Part shown: positions 62,901 to 64,000 of the stretch, one piece after another
Layout of the letters: each line of letters starts with the position of its first letter
Numbering within the stretch: position 1 is the first letter of the stretch
Assembly (NCBI GenBank): GCA_964035545.1
Contig: OZ037771.1
Coordinates: 4,928,990-4,992,989 of the forward strand
Origin: Bugula neritina
Lineage: Eukaryota > Animalia > Bryozoa
Direction of reading: 5' to 3'
Length of the DNA stretch: 64,000 bases
Translations under genes and position numbers: made by a program
The notes under the pieces: generated by a model
Database searches by the model: none
Told to the model about the DNA's origin: nothing
Seen by the model: the letters and a program-made list of their open reading frames with translations, nothing else

Positions 62901-63546
62901 CCAAAGAGTGTCATACATGGTAAAAGTAAATAGATGACAAAATGAGCCCATGTACAGGACCCAAAAGTATCACTAAAGTAACATCTAACCTAAGGCTCCC
63001 CCATGACAAATAAAGCATGTTTCTGATGCCGTACCATTTTGTGCACAGAATTGAATAAATGTCGAGCTTTCTAATGACATAAAAACCGCTGGATGGACAG
63101 TTGAGAGAAACTCTAGTTATTTAGAACAGCTTAATTATAATAAACATTTCAACAAATAGAAATGACAAAAGTTACTTAGTGAGAAATTGTATTCAGGGTA
63201 AGAAAGAATGACACATGCTGTAGATTATGTGGAGAGCAAATTTCTACCACAAGTGGTAGGAAGTCATCTTAGGCAAAATTATTGAATAGTAAACTAAATT
63301 ATAAACTTGACCTACAGTTTCTATATAATACAGTAATATTACGTAACCACACTCTAAATATATTAGTATGCTCATAGCCGGCTTTACTGTACGCAATACT
63401 TACTTAGTTTAGACTCCTTGCTAATCTTTACGCTCTTCTTCCTTTTCTTCTTTTTGCTGACTTTCAGTCTGCCTGGTGCCAGGTGGACGTAGGTCAGCGT
63501 TGCTGAGAAGACAAAGCATTGGCGTCTCTTTGAGCTTTCCTCGTCA
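59910..63546 (-). CDS. DDX24: DEAD-box RNA helicase DDX24/Mak5, 3' portion (5' exons lie beyond the window)
   Basis: Exons (minus) 63546-63404 ([11 protein letters not shown]), 62791-62673, 62208-62027 ([37 protein letters not shown]), 61384-61167 ([40 protein letters not shown]), 60867-60690, 60522-60344 (GKYPTSSG), 59950-59910. Confidence 0.88.
62355..62590. mobile_element. hAT (Charlie-like) MITE, copy 2, in a DDX24 intron
   Basis: TIR CAAGGGTGGGCAACT / AGTAGCCCACAACTG; TSD ATATAAAT / ATATAGAA. The interior is the reverse complement of 16456-16691. Confidence 0.85.
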
Positions 63547-63565
63547 CTGCCAGTATATATACGTA

Positions 63566-63780
63566 GTAGTATGTAGACATAGTATATGACATACTAGAAT
63601 GTAGACATAGTATATGACATACTAGAATATAGTCATAGTATATGACATAGTAGTGTATAGACATAGTGTATGACATACTAGAATACAGTCATAGCGTATA
63701 GACACAGTATAAACAGAATATGCCATATGGACATAGTATAAAGACAGAGCATATATACAGTATATAGACATAATACATAG
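63566..63780. repeat. ~28-bp degenerate repeat (GTAGACATAGTATATGACATACTAGAAT) in a DDX24 intron
   Basis: Seen directly. Confidence 0.8.
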
Positions 63781-63790
63781 ATTAACAGTT

Positions 63791-63895
63791 GGGAGCAGCC
63801 ATGTTCTAGTGGTCAGATCATTAGCTTAATAAACACAAGGTCAGTGTTGAGGTTAGCAAGGACATCCAGTCATAATTGCTCTTGTGCTCCATAGC
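63791..63895 (+). mobile_element. Degenerate SINE-like fragment, second copy
   Basis: Shares its 5' end and the CCAGTCATAA block with 43380-43510. Confidence 0.35.
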
Positions 63896-64000
63896 AAAGC
63901 AGTCTGTAGCACACTAAAAGACCTTTAACATCAAGAGTTTTCACATGGATAGTGACTATACACATACGTGAGTTTTTATAGAGAAATACGTAACTAGAGA

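Overview
AT-rich, intron-containing animal DNA, probably from an invertebrate (the taxon is an inference). I assembled five host genes by hand from GT-AG junctions and reading-frame phase: acetylcholinesterase with a tailed (WAT) last exon (+, 3024-10457); a Gab/DOS-family PH-domain docking protein (-, 14447-23434); Inturned/INTU (-, 40838-56486); RPL35A (+, 58588-59628), with an intronic H/ACA snoRNA; and the 3' part of DDX24 (-, 59910 to beyond 63546). An unknown two-exon Ser-rich ORF (~455 aa) lies on the same strand inside INTU intron 3. Between Gab and INTU is a transposon nest. An ATAT-flanked TIR element (27398-39759) hosts (i) a 4.5-kb TIR element with a 9-bp TSD that carries a decayed multi-exon USP-family deubiquitinase facing a second decayed ORF, and (ii) an intact, very young Ty1/copia retrotransposon with apparently identical LTRs. 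Several intronic minisatellites consist of splice-signal motifs on the host sense strand (GTAAGTAT, TACTAAC, TATACAG). MITEs and microsatellites are scattered throughout. All calls come from manual reading; no database search was run.
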